This document shows positions 29,737 to 39,282 of a DNA stretch of 64,000 nucleotides, one piece after another. This DNA is from an uncultured beta proteobacterium. Lineage in GTDB: Bacteria > Pseudomonadota > Gammaproteobacteria > Burkholderiales > Casimicrobiaceae. The DNA lies in NCBI GenBank assembly GCA_963750215.1, contig CAVVQK010000004.1, positions 368,865-432,864 of the forward strand, in the 5' to 3' direction. Positions within the stretch are counted from its first letter, which is position 1; each line of letters opens with the position of its first letter. The notes beneath the pieces are model-generated. The model had not been told where the DNA came from. It saw nothing but the letters and a program-made list of their open reading frames with translations, and searched no databases. The position numbers were made by a program, and so were the translations under genes.

Positions 29737-31568
29737 AGCGTCGGCACGCGATGCCGTTCGGGACGAAGCTCTGCGCCGACGGCACAACCCGGTTCCGGCT
29801 CTGGGCGCCCGGCGCGCGCCGGGTCGATCTCGACCTGTCGCTGCACGAGCTGCGCAGCGAGCTGCCAATGGCCGCGCTCGACGCCGGTTGGTTCGAGGCG
29901 AGCGTGCCCGATGCGCCGCCCGGCGCGCGCTACAGCTTCCGCATCGACGGCGGAATCGCCGTCCCCGATCCCGCCTCGCGTTGCAATCCCGACGACGTGC
30001 ACGCGGCCAGCATGGTCGTCGATCCGCAGGCATTCGACTGGACCGACGCGGGGTGGACCGGCCGCCCGTGGGAGGAGGCGGTTATCTACGAGCTCCATGT
30101 CGGCACCTTCACGCCCGCGGGCACCTTCGTGGCAGCGATCGAACGACTCGACTATCTCGCCGATCTGGGTGTCACGGCAATCGAGCTGATGCCTGTCGCG
30201 GATTTTCCGGGGGGGTGGAACTGGGGCTATGACGGTGTGCTGCCGTTCGCACCGGACGCAGCCTACGGCGCGCCCGCCGACCTCAAGCGACTCATCGCCG
30301 CGGCGCACGCGCGCCGCATCAGCGTTTTCCTCGACGTCGTCTACAACCATTTTGGCCCCGAGGGCAACTACCTGTCCGCCTACGCGCCGCTGTTCTTCAA
30401 TCACGACCGGCAGACTCCGTGGGGTGCGGCTATCAACTTCGACGGCGAGGGCAGCCATGTCGTGCGCGACTTCTTCATCCACAACGCGCTTTACTGGCTC
30501 GAGGAGTACGGCTTCGACGGGCTGCGTCTCGACGCGGTCGACCGCATCGTCGACGCTTCGGCACCGGACATCATCGTCGAGCTCGCGGCAGCAATGCGCA
30601 AAGGTCCGGGCGCGACGCGGCACGTCCACCTGGTGCTTGAGAACGATCGTAACGAGGCGCACTATCTCGGTCGCGACGCGCAGCACCGACCTCTGCATGC
30701 CACCGCGCAGTGGAACGACGATCTGCACCACGCGCTGCACGTCCTGCTGACCGGCGAAGTCGACGGCTACTACGCCGATTATGCCGCCGAGCCGCTGCGC
30801 TATTTCGGTCGTTGCCTTGCCGAGGGCTTCGCCTACCAGGGCGAGGTATCGAGCTATCGCGGCGGTGTCGCGCGCGGCGAACCGTCGTTGCACCTGCCGC
30901 CCGGCGCCTTCGTTTCGTTCCTGCAGACTCACGATCAGGTTGGCAACCGGGCGCTGGGTGAGCGCATCGGGCATCTGGTTGAGCCGCGCGCCCTGCGCGC
31001 GGCGCTTGCCTGCGTGCTGCTCGCTCCGTCGCCGCCCTTGCTGTTCATGGGCGAGGAATTTGCCGCATCGACGCCGTTCCACTTCTTCTGCGATTTCGAG
31101 CCGGATCTCGCGGCAGCCGTCCGCTGCGGCCGGCAACGGGAATTCCGCCGCTTCGCTCGCTTTGCCGATCCCTTGGCGCTGGCGAGGATACCCGATCCGA
31201 ATCTTCAGACCACATTCGAAGGGAGCAAGCTCGACTGGCGTGAGGTGCAGCAGGCGCCGCACAGCGAGTGGCATGCGTTCTATCGCGACTGCTTGCGGCT
31301 GCGCGCCCGGCACATCGTCCCGCGGCTGGCCGGCATGGCGCCCTCCGGCGCCTTCGCTATCGAGCGGGGCCGCATGCTGTACGTGCACTGGGCGCTCGGC
31401 GACGGCTCACAGCTGCATCTGAGCGTCAATTTCGATGCGAGCGCGCCGCATCGCATCGAGCAGCAACCCGGGCAAGTGATCTACGCAACCGAGGCAGAGG
31501 GCGCCGGTGCGGGCGAGCGGCTGCTGTTGCCGCAGTCGGTGCTCTGCACTCTCGCGGAATACGAGTGA
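29733..31568 (+). CDS. treZ: Malto-oligosyltrehalose trehalohydrolase TreZ (GH13_10)
   Basis: GTG at 29733 overlaps the glgX stop (GTGA); an in-frame ATG at 29751 is an alternative start. Motifs: [83 protein letters not shown]. Confidence 0.9.
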   Translation: MKRRHAMPFGTKLCADGTTRFRLWAPGARRVDLDLSLHELRSELPMAALDAGWFEASVPDAPPGARYSFRIDGGIAVPDPASRCNPDDVHAASMVVDPQAFDWTDAGWTGRPWEEAVIYELHVGTFTPAGTFVAAIERLDYLADLGVTAIELMPVADFPGGWNWGYDGVLPFAPDAAYGAPADLKRLIAAAHARRISVFLDVVYNHFGPEGNYLSAYAPLFFNHDRQTPWGAAINFDGEGSHVVRDFFIHNALYWLEEYGFDGLRLDAVDRIVDASAPDIIVELAAAMRKGPGATRHVHLVLENDRNEAHYLGRDAQHRPLHATAQWNDDLHHALHVLLTGEVDGYYADYAAEPLRYFGRCLAEGFAYQGEVSSYRGGVARGEPSLHLPPGAFVSFLQTHDQVGNRALGERIGHLVEPRALRAALACVLLAPSPPLLFMGEEFAASTPFHFFCDFEPDLAAAVRCGRQREFRRFARFADPLALARIPDPNLQTTFEGSKLDWREVQQAPHSEWHAFYRDCLRLRARHIVPRLAGMAPSGAFAIERGRMLYVHWALGDGSQLHLSVNFDASAPHRIEQQPGQVIYATEAEGAGAGERLLLPQSVLCTLAEYE

Positions 31569-34500
31569 GCGACGCACTGGCGCGGCTGGCCGGGCTGCAT
31601 GGCATCACACTGGAGTATCGCGATATCCAGGGTAATGTGCACACGGTACCGCAAGCCACGTTGCGCCGGCTTCTGGCCGGGATGGGCATCGGCGCCGATA
31701 CCGACGCCGAGATCGAGCGCGCGCTGGCGGCCCACACCGAGGCGCGCTGGCGGCGCACGATCGCACCCGTTGTCGTGGTCCGGCAGGGCGCGCACCCGGC
31801 AGCGCGCATCAACCTCGCGACCGCGCTCGCCGTGGCAACGCTCTCCTGGCGTCTGATCGAGGAACGGGGCGCCACCCACAGCGGAGCGCTCGGGCCTGCG
31901 CTGCTTGCCGACGCCGTGCACATGGAGCGCGCCGACGACGCGCTCATCGCGCGCGAGTTCGTGCTGCCGCTCGAACCGCCGCCGGGCTATCACCGCCTGG
32001 CGATCCTGGCCGGCGCGGACGTACTCGGCGAGACGCTGCTCGTGGTGACACCGGACCGGTGCTACTGTCCGCCGCCGCTCGAGCGCGGCGGCAGGCTTTG
32101 GGGACCGGCCATCCAGCTCTACGGAATGCGATCGGAGCACAACTGGGGGATTGGCGATTTCACCGACCTCGCGGTGGTTTGCGAGCAGTCGGCGGCGAGC
32201 GGCGCCGGCATCGTCGGCGTGAACCCGCTGCACGCGCTGTTTCCCCACAGCCCGGCGCAAGCGAGCCCATACAGCCCGTCGAGCCGGTTGTTTCTGAACG
32301 TGCTCTACCTGGACGTCGAGGCGATCCCCGAGTTTCACGAGTGCGAAGAAGCGCTCGCGCTGGTCGGCTCGGGGGATTTCCAGGCGACCCTGCAGCGCTT
32401 GCGCTCCAGCGAGCTCGTTGACTACGTCGGCGTCGCCGAGATCAAGGCTCGCGCCTTGGCGCTCGTTTACGCCCACTTCCGTGCAAGGCACCTTGCGCCC
32501 GGCGGCGCTCGCGCCAACGCTTTTGCCGCCTTCTGCCGGGACGGCGGCGATCCACTGCGTCACCACGCGCTGTTCGAAGCATTGCAGGAGCACTTCTTCG
32601 CCATCGACGGGTCGGTCGCGGGTTGGCATGCCTGGCCGGAAGCGTTCCGCGATCCACGCTCGCCGGAGGTCGCGCGCTTCGCGGCCGAGCGGGCGGAGCG
32701 GGTCGAGTATTACCTGTACCTGCAATGGCAAGCCGAGATGCAGCTCGCCGCGGTCGCGCAACGAGCGCGCAAGGCGGGGCTTAGCGTCGGACTGTACGCG
32801 GACCTCGCGGTATCGGTCGACCGCAATGGGGCGGAGGCCTGGGCGAACCAGTACGTCTATGCGAGCACGGCAAGCGTCGGCGCACCGCCCGATGACTTCA
32901 ACCCGCGCGGCCAAGACTGGGGACTGCCGCCGCCGTTACCCGATCGCCTGGCCGACATGGCCTATGCCCCATTCCTCGCCACGCTGCGCGCCAACATGCA
33001 CCACGCCGGGGCGCTGCGCATCGACCACGTCATGGGCCTGATGCGCCTGTTCTGGGTCCCCGCCGGCGTCGAACCCAGCGAAGGCGCCTACGTGCAGTAT
33101 CCGTTTGCGGACCTGCTGGGCATTCTCGCGCTGGAGAGCCAGCGTCTGCACTGCCTGGTGATCGGCGAGGACCTCGGGACGGTGCCCGGGGAGTTGCGCG
33201 GTGCGCTCGCTGACGCGGGTGTGCTGTCGTACCGGGTGCTTCTCTTCGAGCGGCAGGATACGGGCGATTTCAAGCCGCCCGCGACGTATCCGAGGCAAGC
33301 GATCGTCGCGGCATCCACGCACGACCTGCCCACGCTCGCCGGCTGGTGGGAGAGCCGCGACCTCGCGTTGCGAGCCGAACTCGGATTGTTCCTGTCCGAG
33401 GCATCGCGTGAGCAGCAGCTCGTCGCGCGGGTGCTGGACCGCGCCCGGCTGCTGCTTGCCCTCGACCACGAGCGGCTGCTGCCGCAGGGTGTCAGCGTGG
33501 ATCCGTCGTTACTGCCGACGATGACGGCCGCATTCGCGGGCGCGGTGCAGGCTTTCCTCGCCCGAACGCCGGCGCAGCTCTTGTTAGTGCAGCTCGAAGA
33601 CATCTTTGGCGTGCGCGAGCAGGCCAACCTCCCGGCAACGGTGGACACGCATCCCAACTGGCGGCGAAAGCTGCCGCTGGCGCTGGAGCGCTTTGCCGAC
33701 GACGAACGCTTCGCCGAGCTGGTGGGCGCATTGAGTCGCCTGCGCCCGCCGCGCGCGGCGATCCGGACGGCGCACCGCCAGCGCGACCAAGCGGCCGCCG
33801 GCGCATGCATTCCGCGCGCAACCTACCGCTTGCAGTTGCATCGCGACTTCACCTTTGCCGATGCCACGGCGCAGCTGCCCTACCTCGCCGCACTTGGCGT
33901 GAGTCACGTCTACTGCTCTCCCTATCTGCGCGCCCGCGCCGGCAGCCGGCATGGCTACGACATCGTCGATCATACGGCGCTCAACCCCGAGATCGGCGAA
34001 CGCGCGGATTTCGTGCGCTTCATCGAGGCGCTGGCCGAACACGGCATCGGCCAGATCGTGGACGTCGTTCCGAATCACATGGGCGTGATGGGCTCCGACA
34101 ACGCCTGGTGGCTCGACGTGCTGGAGAATGGGCCAGCCTCGCCATACGCCGATTACTTCGATATCGACTGGCATCCGATCGATGCGGATCTGGCCGGCAA
34201 AGTGTTGGTGCCGGTGCTCGACGATCATTACGGCCGTGTACTCGAGCGCGGCGAGCTGAAGCTCGCGTACGACCCGGACTCCGCCGCGTTCGCAGTGCAT
34301 TATCACGAGCACTGCCTGCCCATCGACCCGCGCGAGTATGCAGGGTTGCTCGAGCGGGCGAAGCGCACTGCGACCGCCACCCTGTCGCCGGCGACCGTCG
34401 CTGAATGCGCCAGCCTCGTCGCGGCCTTTCGCCACCTGCCCGCGCGCAATGCCGCCAGCCTGGAACAGGTTGCCGAGCGCCATCGCGACAAGGAGCTGCA

Positions 34501-36679
34501 CAAGGCACGCCTGCGCGAGCTGGTTCGCCAGGAGCCTATGCTGGGCGAAGCGATCGGCGATGCGCTGCGGCAGCTCAATGGCCTGCCGGGCGAGCCGGCC
34601 AGTTTCGCGGCGCTGCATGAGCTGCTCGAGGCGCAAGCGTATCGCGTCGCCTACTGGCGGGTGGCTGCGCACGACATCAACTACCGGCGCTTCCTCGACA
34701 TCAATGACCTGGCAGCGTTGCGAATCGAGAACGAGGCGGTGTTCGAAGCCACGCATCGTCGTATCCTCGAGCTCGCCGCCGAGGGCAAAGTGACCGGCTT
34801 GCGCATCGACCACCCGGACGGGCTCTACGACCCCGCGGCATATTTCCGGCGCCTGCAGCAGAGCTACGCCCGGCTGACGGGACGCGACGACGGCGCGGAC
34901 GAGCGATCGCTGTACGTCGTCGTCGAGAAGATCGATGCGCCGCACGAGCAGCTGCCGGCCGATTGGCGTATTCACGGCACGACCGGCTACCGTTTCGCCA
35001 ACCTGATCAACGGCGTGCTGGTCGACACCGCAGGCAAGGCGCGCATCGACCGGGCGTGGCGGGCGTTCGTCGGCGAGGAAGCGATGGCTTTCGACGACGT
35101 CGCCTATCTCGCACGGCGCCTGATCACGCGCGGCACACTTTCCGCCGAGCTCACGGTCCTGGCCAACCACCTGCTGCGCATCGCCCGGGCTGACCGCCAC
35201 ACCCGCGACTTCACCCTTCCGTCGCTGTGGCAGGCGCTCTCAGAGATCGCCGCCTGCTTCCCGGTCTACCGAACCTACGTCGCTCAGCATGTGTCGGCGC
35301 AGGACCGGCGCTTCATCGATTGGGCGGTGGCGCGGGCACGCCGGCGCAGCCGTTCAGCCGATGCGAGCGTCTTCGACTTCGTCCGCTCCGTGCTCCTGCT
35401 GCAGCCGCCCACCGGCGCCCCTGCGTCGCTCCAGAACACCTATCGCCGCTTCGCCATGCACTTCCAGCAGTTTACGGCGCCAGTCATGGTGAAGGGTATC
35501 GAGGACACCGCATTCTACATCTACAACCGGCTGCTGTCGTTGAACGAGGTGGGCGGCGACCCCGCGACGTTCGGCACGACACTACGAGCCTTCCATCGGG
35601 CCAACACCGAGCGCTGCAGGCACTGGCCGGGGACTCTGCTCGCCCTCTCGACCCACGACAACAAGCGCGCGGCGGACGTGCGCGCACGCATCGACGTGAT
35701 CTCCGAGAATCCGGCCGCGTGGCGCCTGCTCGTCAAGCGCTGGAGCCGCATGAACCGCAGGCACCGGCGAAACGCCGAAGGCAGGGAAGCGCCGTCACGC
35801 AACGACGAGTATCTGCTGTATCAGACGTTGATCGGGACCTTTCCCGCCGCAGCGATCGACGCTGCCGCCCTCGACATCTACCGGGCGCGCATCGAGCAGT
35901 ACATGGTGAAGGCTGCGCGTGAAGCGAAGCAGTACACGAGCTGGATCAGCATCGATGAAGACTACGAGTCGGCGCTGAAGGGATTCGTCGCGGCGCTGCT
36001 GGAGGAATCGGCGACCAACGCCTTTCTCGGCGACCTGCGTGCCAATGCCCCGGCCTTCGCCTGGTTCGGCGCGCTCAACAGTGTGGCCATGGCGCTCCTC
36101 CATTGCACCTTGCCGGGCGTACCCGACATCTACCAGGGCTGTGAGCTAATCGACTTGAGCCTCGTCGATCCCGACAATCGACGTCCCGTAGACTACGCGC
36201 TCCGGCGCGAGGTGCTGCGCGGGCTGGAGGTGCTCGCTGCCGCCTCGGGCGAGAGCCGTACCGCGGGCCTCCGTGACCTGCTCGCCGCGCCATACGACGG
36301 TCGGCTCAAAATGTGGGTGATATGGCGGGCGCTGGGTTTGCGGCGCGAGCGACCCGAGCTGTTCGCGCGCGGCGACTACGCACCGATCGTCGTCCGTGGC
36401 GGACGCGCGCGCCAGGTGGTGGCCTACGCGCGACGGCTGGACAACGCCGGCGTCGTCGTCGCAAGCGGCCGTCTATTCGCCTCGATTGGGATCGAGCCTG
36501 GTGTGTCGCCGCTGGGCGAGCGCGCCTGGGGGGATGCCACGCTTGAATTGCCCTTCATCGCCCCCGGTACGCGGCTCCTCGACGAGCTCAGCGGGGAAGC
36601 GACCGTAGCGGCAGCGCCGGGGATCGCGCTGGCCGACGCGTTCGCGCGCCTGCCCTTCGCGCTGTATTCCTACGCGTGA
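31565..36679 (+). CDS. Single uninterrupted ORF fusing 4-alpha-glucanotransferase (MalQ, GH77; about the first 720-750 aa) to malto-oligosyltrehalose synthase (TreY, GH13_26; the rest)
   Basis: GTG at 31565 overlaps the treZ stop (GTGA). MalQ blocks: GIGDFTDL..., NPLHALFP...SPYSPSSRLFLN, LRIDHVMGLMRLFWVP, STHDLPTLAGWW. From about 33810 come TreY blocks: TYRLQLHRDFTFADA...LGVSHVYCSPYLRARAGSRHGYDIVDH, VDVVPNHMG, GLRIDHPDGL, STHDNKR. No stop codon separates the two halves. Possible internal starts are GTG 33722 and TTG 33731. Confidence 0.85.
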   Translation: MSDALARLAGLHGITLEYRDIQGNVHTVPQATLRRLLAGMGIGADTDAEIERALAAHTEARWRRTIAPVVVVRQGAHPAARINLATALAVATLSWRLIEERGATHSGALGPALLADAVHMERADDALIAREFVLPLEPPPGYHRLAILAGADVLGETLLVVTPDRCYCPPPLERGGRLWGPAIQLYGMRSEHNWGIGDFTDLAVVCEQSAASGAGIVGVNPLHALFPHSPAQASPYSPSSRLFLNVLYLDVEAIPEFHECEEALALVGSGDFQATLQRLRSSELVDYVGVAEIKARALALVYAHFRARHLAPGGARANAFAAFCRDGGDPLRHHALFEALQEHFFAIDGSVAGWHAWPEAFRDPRSPEVARFAAERAERVEYYLYLQWQAEMQLAAVAQRARKAGLSVGLYADLAVSVDRNGAEAWANQYVYASTASVGAPPDDFNPRGQDWGLPPPLPDRLADMAYAPFLATLRANMHHAGALRIDHVMGLMRLFWVPAGVEPSEGAYVQYPFADLLGILALESQRLHCLVIGEDLGTVPGELRGALADAGVLSYRVLLFERQDTGDFKPPATYPRQAIVAASTHDLPTLAGWWESRDLALRAELGLFLSEASREQQLVARVLDRARLLLALDHERLLPQGVSVDPSLLPTMTAAFAGAVQAFLARTPAQLLLVQLEDIFGVREQANLPATVDTHPNWRRKLPLALERFADDERFAELVGALSRLRPPRAAIRTAHRQRDQAAAGACIPRATYRLQLHRDFTFADATAQLPYLAALGVSHVYCSPYLRARAGSRHGYDIVDHTALNPEIGERADFVRFIEALAEHGIGQIVDVVPNHMGVMGSDNAWWLDVLENGPASPYADYFDIDWHPIDADLAGKVLVPVLDDHYGRVLERGELKLAYDPDSAAFAVHYHEHCLPIDPREYAGLLERAKRTATATLSPATVAECASLVAAFRHLPARNAASLEQVAERHRDKELHKARLRELVRQEPMLGEAIGDALRQLNGLPGEPASFAALHELLEAQAYRVAYWRVAAHDINYRRFLDINDLAALRIENEAVFEATHRRILELAAEGKVTGLRIDHPDGLYDPAAYFRRLQQSYARLTGRDDGADERSLYVVVEKIDAPHEQLPADWRIHGTTGYRFANLINGVLVDTAGKARIDRAWRAFVGEEAMAFDDVAYLARRLITRGTLSAELTVLANHLLRIARADRHTRDFTLPSLWQALSEIAACFPVYRTYVAQHVSAQDRRFIDWAVARARRRSRSADASVFDFVRSVLLLQPPTGAPASLQNTYRRFAMHFQQFTAPVMVKGIEDTAFYIYNRLLSLNEVGGDPATFGTTLRAFHRANTERCRHWPGTLLALSTHDNKRAADVRARIDVISENPAAWRLLVKRWSRMNRRHRRNAEGREAPSRNDEYLLYQTLIGTFPAAAIDAAALDIYRARIEQYMVKAAREAKQYTSWISIDEDYESALKGFVAALLEESATNAFLGDLRANAPAFAWFGALNSVAMALLHCTLPGVPDIYQGCELIDLSLVDPDNRRPVDYALRREVLRGLEVLAAASGESRTAGLRDLLAAPYDGRLKMWVIWRALGLRRERPELFARGDYAPIVVRGGRARQVVAYARRLDNAGVVVASGRLFASIGIEPGVSPLGERAWGDATLELPFIAPGTRLLDELSGEATVAAAPGIALADAFARLPFALYSYA

Positions 36680-36755
36680 CGAGCCCGTACGTGCTGCACA
36701 GACACCGACCGCGCCAGCCGAAGCTCGCCGCCTCGCCCGGGCTCGCCGGCGCGCC

Positions 36756-39260
36756 TCAGCCCGCGGCGGGCCCGGCTCCCCAGATTACGCGCGCGTAGTC
36801 GAGGATCGCTCGATCCGCGGAGACGAAACCGACGTGGGCCGTGTTGAGAACGGCACGCCGCCACCACTCCGCCGAATCCTGCCAGAGGAGGCTCGCTTTG
36901 CGCTGTGCCACCTGGTAGGCGTCGAAGTCGACGGTGACCATGAAATAGTCCTGGTGCCGAAGGTTGTCGACGAGGCCGCGGTAGCGAGACCGATCAGTGG
37001 GCGAAAAGACACCCGATTCGATAGCATGCAGCGCCTCGGCGAGCGGGCGCGAACGGGCGATCACCTCGGTGGCGTCGATGCCAGCGCGACGGCGCGCGCC
37101 AACTTCGTCGGCATTGAGGCCGAAGATGAACATGTTGTCGCCGCCGACGCGCTCACAGATCTCGATGTTCGCCCCGTCGAACGTCCCGATCGTGAGCGCA
37201 CCATTGAGTGCGAGCTTCATATTGCCGGTGCCGGAGGCTTCCATGCCGGCGGTCGAGATCTGCTCGGAGAGATCGGCGGCCGGGATGACGGCCTCGGCAA
37301 GGCTCACGTTGTAGTTCGGCAGGAACACGACCTTGAGCTGCCCGCGCACCGCCGGGTCGGCGTTGACGACGCGGGCGACGTCGTTGGCGAGCTTGATGAT
37401 GAGCTTCGCCTGCTGGTACCCGGCCGCGGCCTTGCCGGCGAAGATCTTCACCCGCGGCGACCAGCCCTGCGCCGGCTGCGCCCGGATGGCGTTGTAGAGC
37501 GCGACGGTGTCCAGTATGTTGAGCAGCTGGCGCTTGTATTCGTGTATGCGCTTGATCTGCACGTCGAACAGCGCATCCGGATCGATCCCGATGCCGAGGC
37601 GCTCTGCGACGAGGCGGGTAAGCGCAACCTTGTTCACCCGCCGCACGGCGGCGCAACGCTCGCGGAATGCCGCATCGCCGGCCAGCGGGGCGAGCCTCTC
37701 GATCCGAGCCGTATCGTCGAGGAAACCCGGCCCGACTGCGTCAACGACCAGCGCCGTCAAGCCCGGGTTGGCCTGGAACAGCCAGCGGCGAAACGAGATG
37801 CCGTTGGTGATACTGACGATGCGCTCCGGATGCAGCGCGTCAAGGTCGCGGAAAACGGTCCGCCGCATCAACGTCGTGTGCAACGCGGAGACGCCGTTCA
37901 CGCGCCGCGACCCGAGGAACGCGAGGTGGCCCATGCGTACCCTGCGGATACCGTCCTCTTCGATAACCGAGATCGACGACAGGAAGCGCGCGTCGTCGCG
38001 CCCGCGCGTGCGCTGGGCGTCGAGATGCAGCGCGTTGATGAGGTAGATGATCTGCATGTGCCGCGGCAGCAGGCTCTCCATCAGCGGAACGGGCCACGAT
38101 TCCAGCGCTTCCGGCAGCAGCGTATGGTTGGTGTAGTTGAACACCGACGTCGTGATGCTCCAGGCGAGATCCCACGGCATGCCATGCTCGTCGATGAGCA
38201 GGCGCATCAATTCGGGCACCGCGATCGCCGGGTGGGTATCGTTGAGCTGGATCGCCACGTGATCGCCAAGCGAGGCCAGGTCGCCGTGCTGCGCCTTGTG
38301 CCGACGCAGCAGGTCCTGCAGCGATGCCGAGGCGAAGAAGAACTCCTGCCGCAACCGCAGCTCGTGCCCCGCGGCAGTCTCGTCGCCCGGGTAGAGAACG
38401 CGCGAAATCGCCTCGAGACGAACCCGGTCGGCCAGGGCGCCAACGTGGTCGCCGCGGTTGAAGTCCGCGAGCGACAGCGGGTCCGTCGCCCGGGCCGACC
38501 AAAGCCGCAGCGTGTTCACGTGGCTTCCCCGCCAGCCGGGAATGGGCGTGTCATAGGCTACGGCATTGACCGTCTCGGCCGGGGTCCATGCGTAGCGCGC
38601 CGTCCCTCCATCCGCCGCTTGTTCGACGTCGACGGCGCCGCCAAATCCAATGGTGTAGGAAACCTCCGGCCGCTCGAATTCCCAGGGATTGCCGGACGAC
38701 AGCCAATCCTCCGGTAGTTCGATCTGCCAGCCATCCTTGAGCACCTGCCGGAACAGGCCGTAGTCGTAGCGTATGCCGTAGCCATGGGCGGGAATGGCCA
38801 GCGTGGCCATGCTCTCCATGAAGCAGGCAGCCAGCCGGCCCAGGCCCCCGTTGCCGAGCGCGGCATCGGGCTCGAGGCGGCGCAGGCGATCGAGGTCGAC
38901 ACCAAGGTCGCGCAGTGCTGCGCGCGCTGTCGCAACCAGGCCGAGATTCGAGATCGCGTCGTAAAGCAGGCGGCCGATCAGGAATTCGAGCGAAAAATAA
39001 TAGACGCGCTTGCGTCCGTCGCGGTAGGTCCGGCGGGTGGCTTCTATCCAGCGATTGACGATCTGGTCACGCACCGCAAGAGCCGTCGCGACGTACCAGT
39101 CATGATCACGCGCGTGGTCGGGATCCTTGCCGACCATGTAGGTGAGCTTGTCGACGATCGCTGCGCGAAATGCCGCGATTGCAGCCTGGCCCGGAGCGCC
39201 AGGATTCGCCGTGGCATCCGCTCCCCCCACGCGGGACGCGGTGGCGTGGTCGGCTGTCAT
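36756..39260 (-). CDS. glgP: Glycogen/maltodextrin phosphorylase (GT35)
   Basis: ATG at 39260. GT35 hallmarks include LGNGGLGRLAACF and the PLP-lysine block EASGTGNMKLALNGALTIGTFDGANIE. Confidence 0.93.
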   Translation of the reverse strand: MTADHATASRVGGADATANPGAPGQAAIAAFRAAIVDKLTYMVGKDPDHARDHDWYVATALAVRDQIVNRWIEATRRTYRDGRKRVYYFSLEFLIGRLLYDAISNLGLVATARAALRDLGVDLDRLRRLEPDAALGNGGLGRLAACFMESMATLAIPAHGYGIRYDYGLFRQVLKDGWQIELPEDWLSSGNPWEFERPEVSYTIGFGGAVDVEQAADGGTARYAWTPAETVNAVAYDTPIPGWRGSHVNTLRLWSARATDPLSLADFNRGDHVGALADRVRLEAISRVLYPGDETAAGHELRLRQEFFFASASLQDLLRRHKAQHGDLASLGDHVAIQLNDTHPAIAVPELMRLLIDEHGMPWDLAWSITTSVFNYTNHTLLPEALESWPVPLMESLLPRHMQIIYLINALHLDAQRTRGRDDARFLSSISVIEEDGIRRVRMGHLAFLGSRRVNGVSALHTTLMRRTVFRDLDALHPERIVSITNGISFRRWLFQANPGLTALVVDAVGPGFLDDTARIERLAPLAGDAAFRERCAAVRRVNKVALTRLVAERLGIGIDPDALFDVQIKRIHEYKRQLLNILDTVALYNAIRAQPAQGWSPRVKIFAGKAAAGYQQAKLIIKLANDVARVVNADPAVRGQLKVVFLPNYNVSLAEAVIPAADLSEQISTAGMEASGTGNMKLALNGALTIGTFDGANIEICERVGGDNMFIFGLNADEVGARRRAGIDATEVIARSRPLAEALHAIESGVFSPTDRSRYRGLVDNLRHQDYFMVTVDFDAYQVAQRKASLLWQDSAEWWRRAVLNTAHVGFVSADRAILDYARVIWGAGPAAG

Positions 39261-39282
39261 GGGTTCCCCGTGCCGAACCGCT

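Noticed and set aside
31268-31564. An upstream extension of the malQ-treY ORF. The listed start at 31268 gives 1803 aa.
   Set aside because: The extension lies entirely inside treZ in another frame and translates to Arg/Ala-rich nonsense. The GTG at 31565, which overlaps the treZ stop, fits the coupling pattern used throughout the cluster. The same logic was applied to the listed extended starts at 1107, 3018, 6047, 12578, 21276, 27376, 29439, 45609, 46767, 51197, 55096, 59102, 59800 and 62417.
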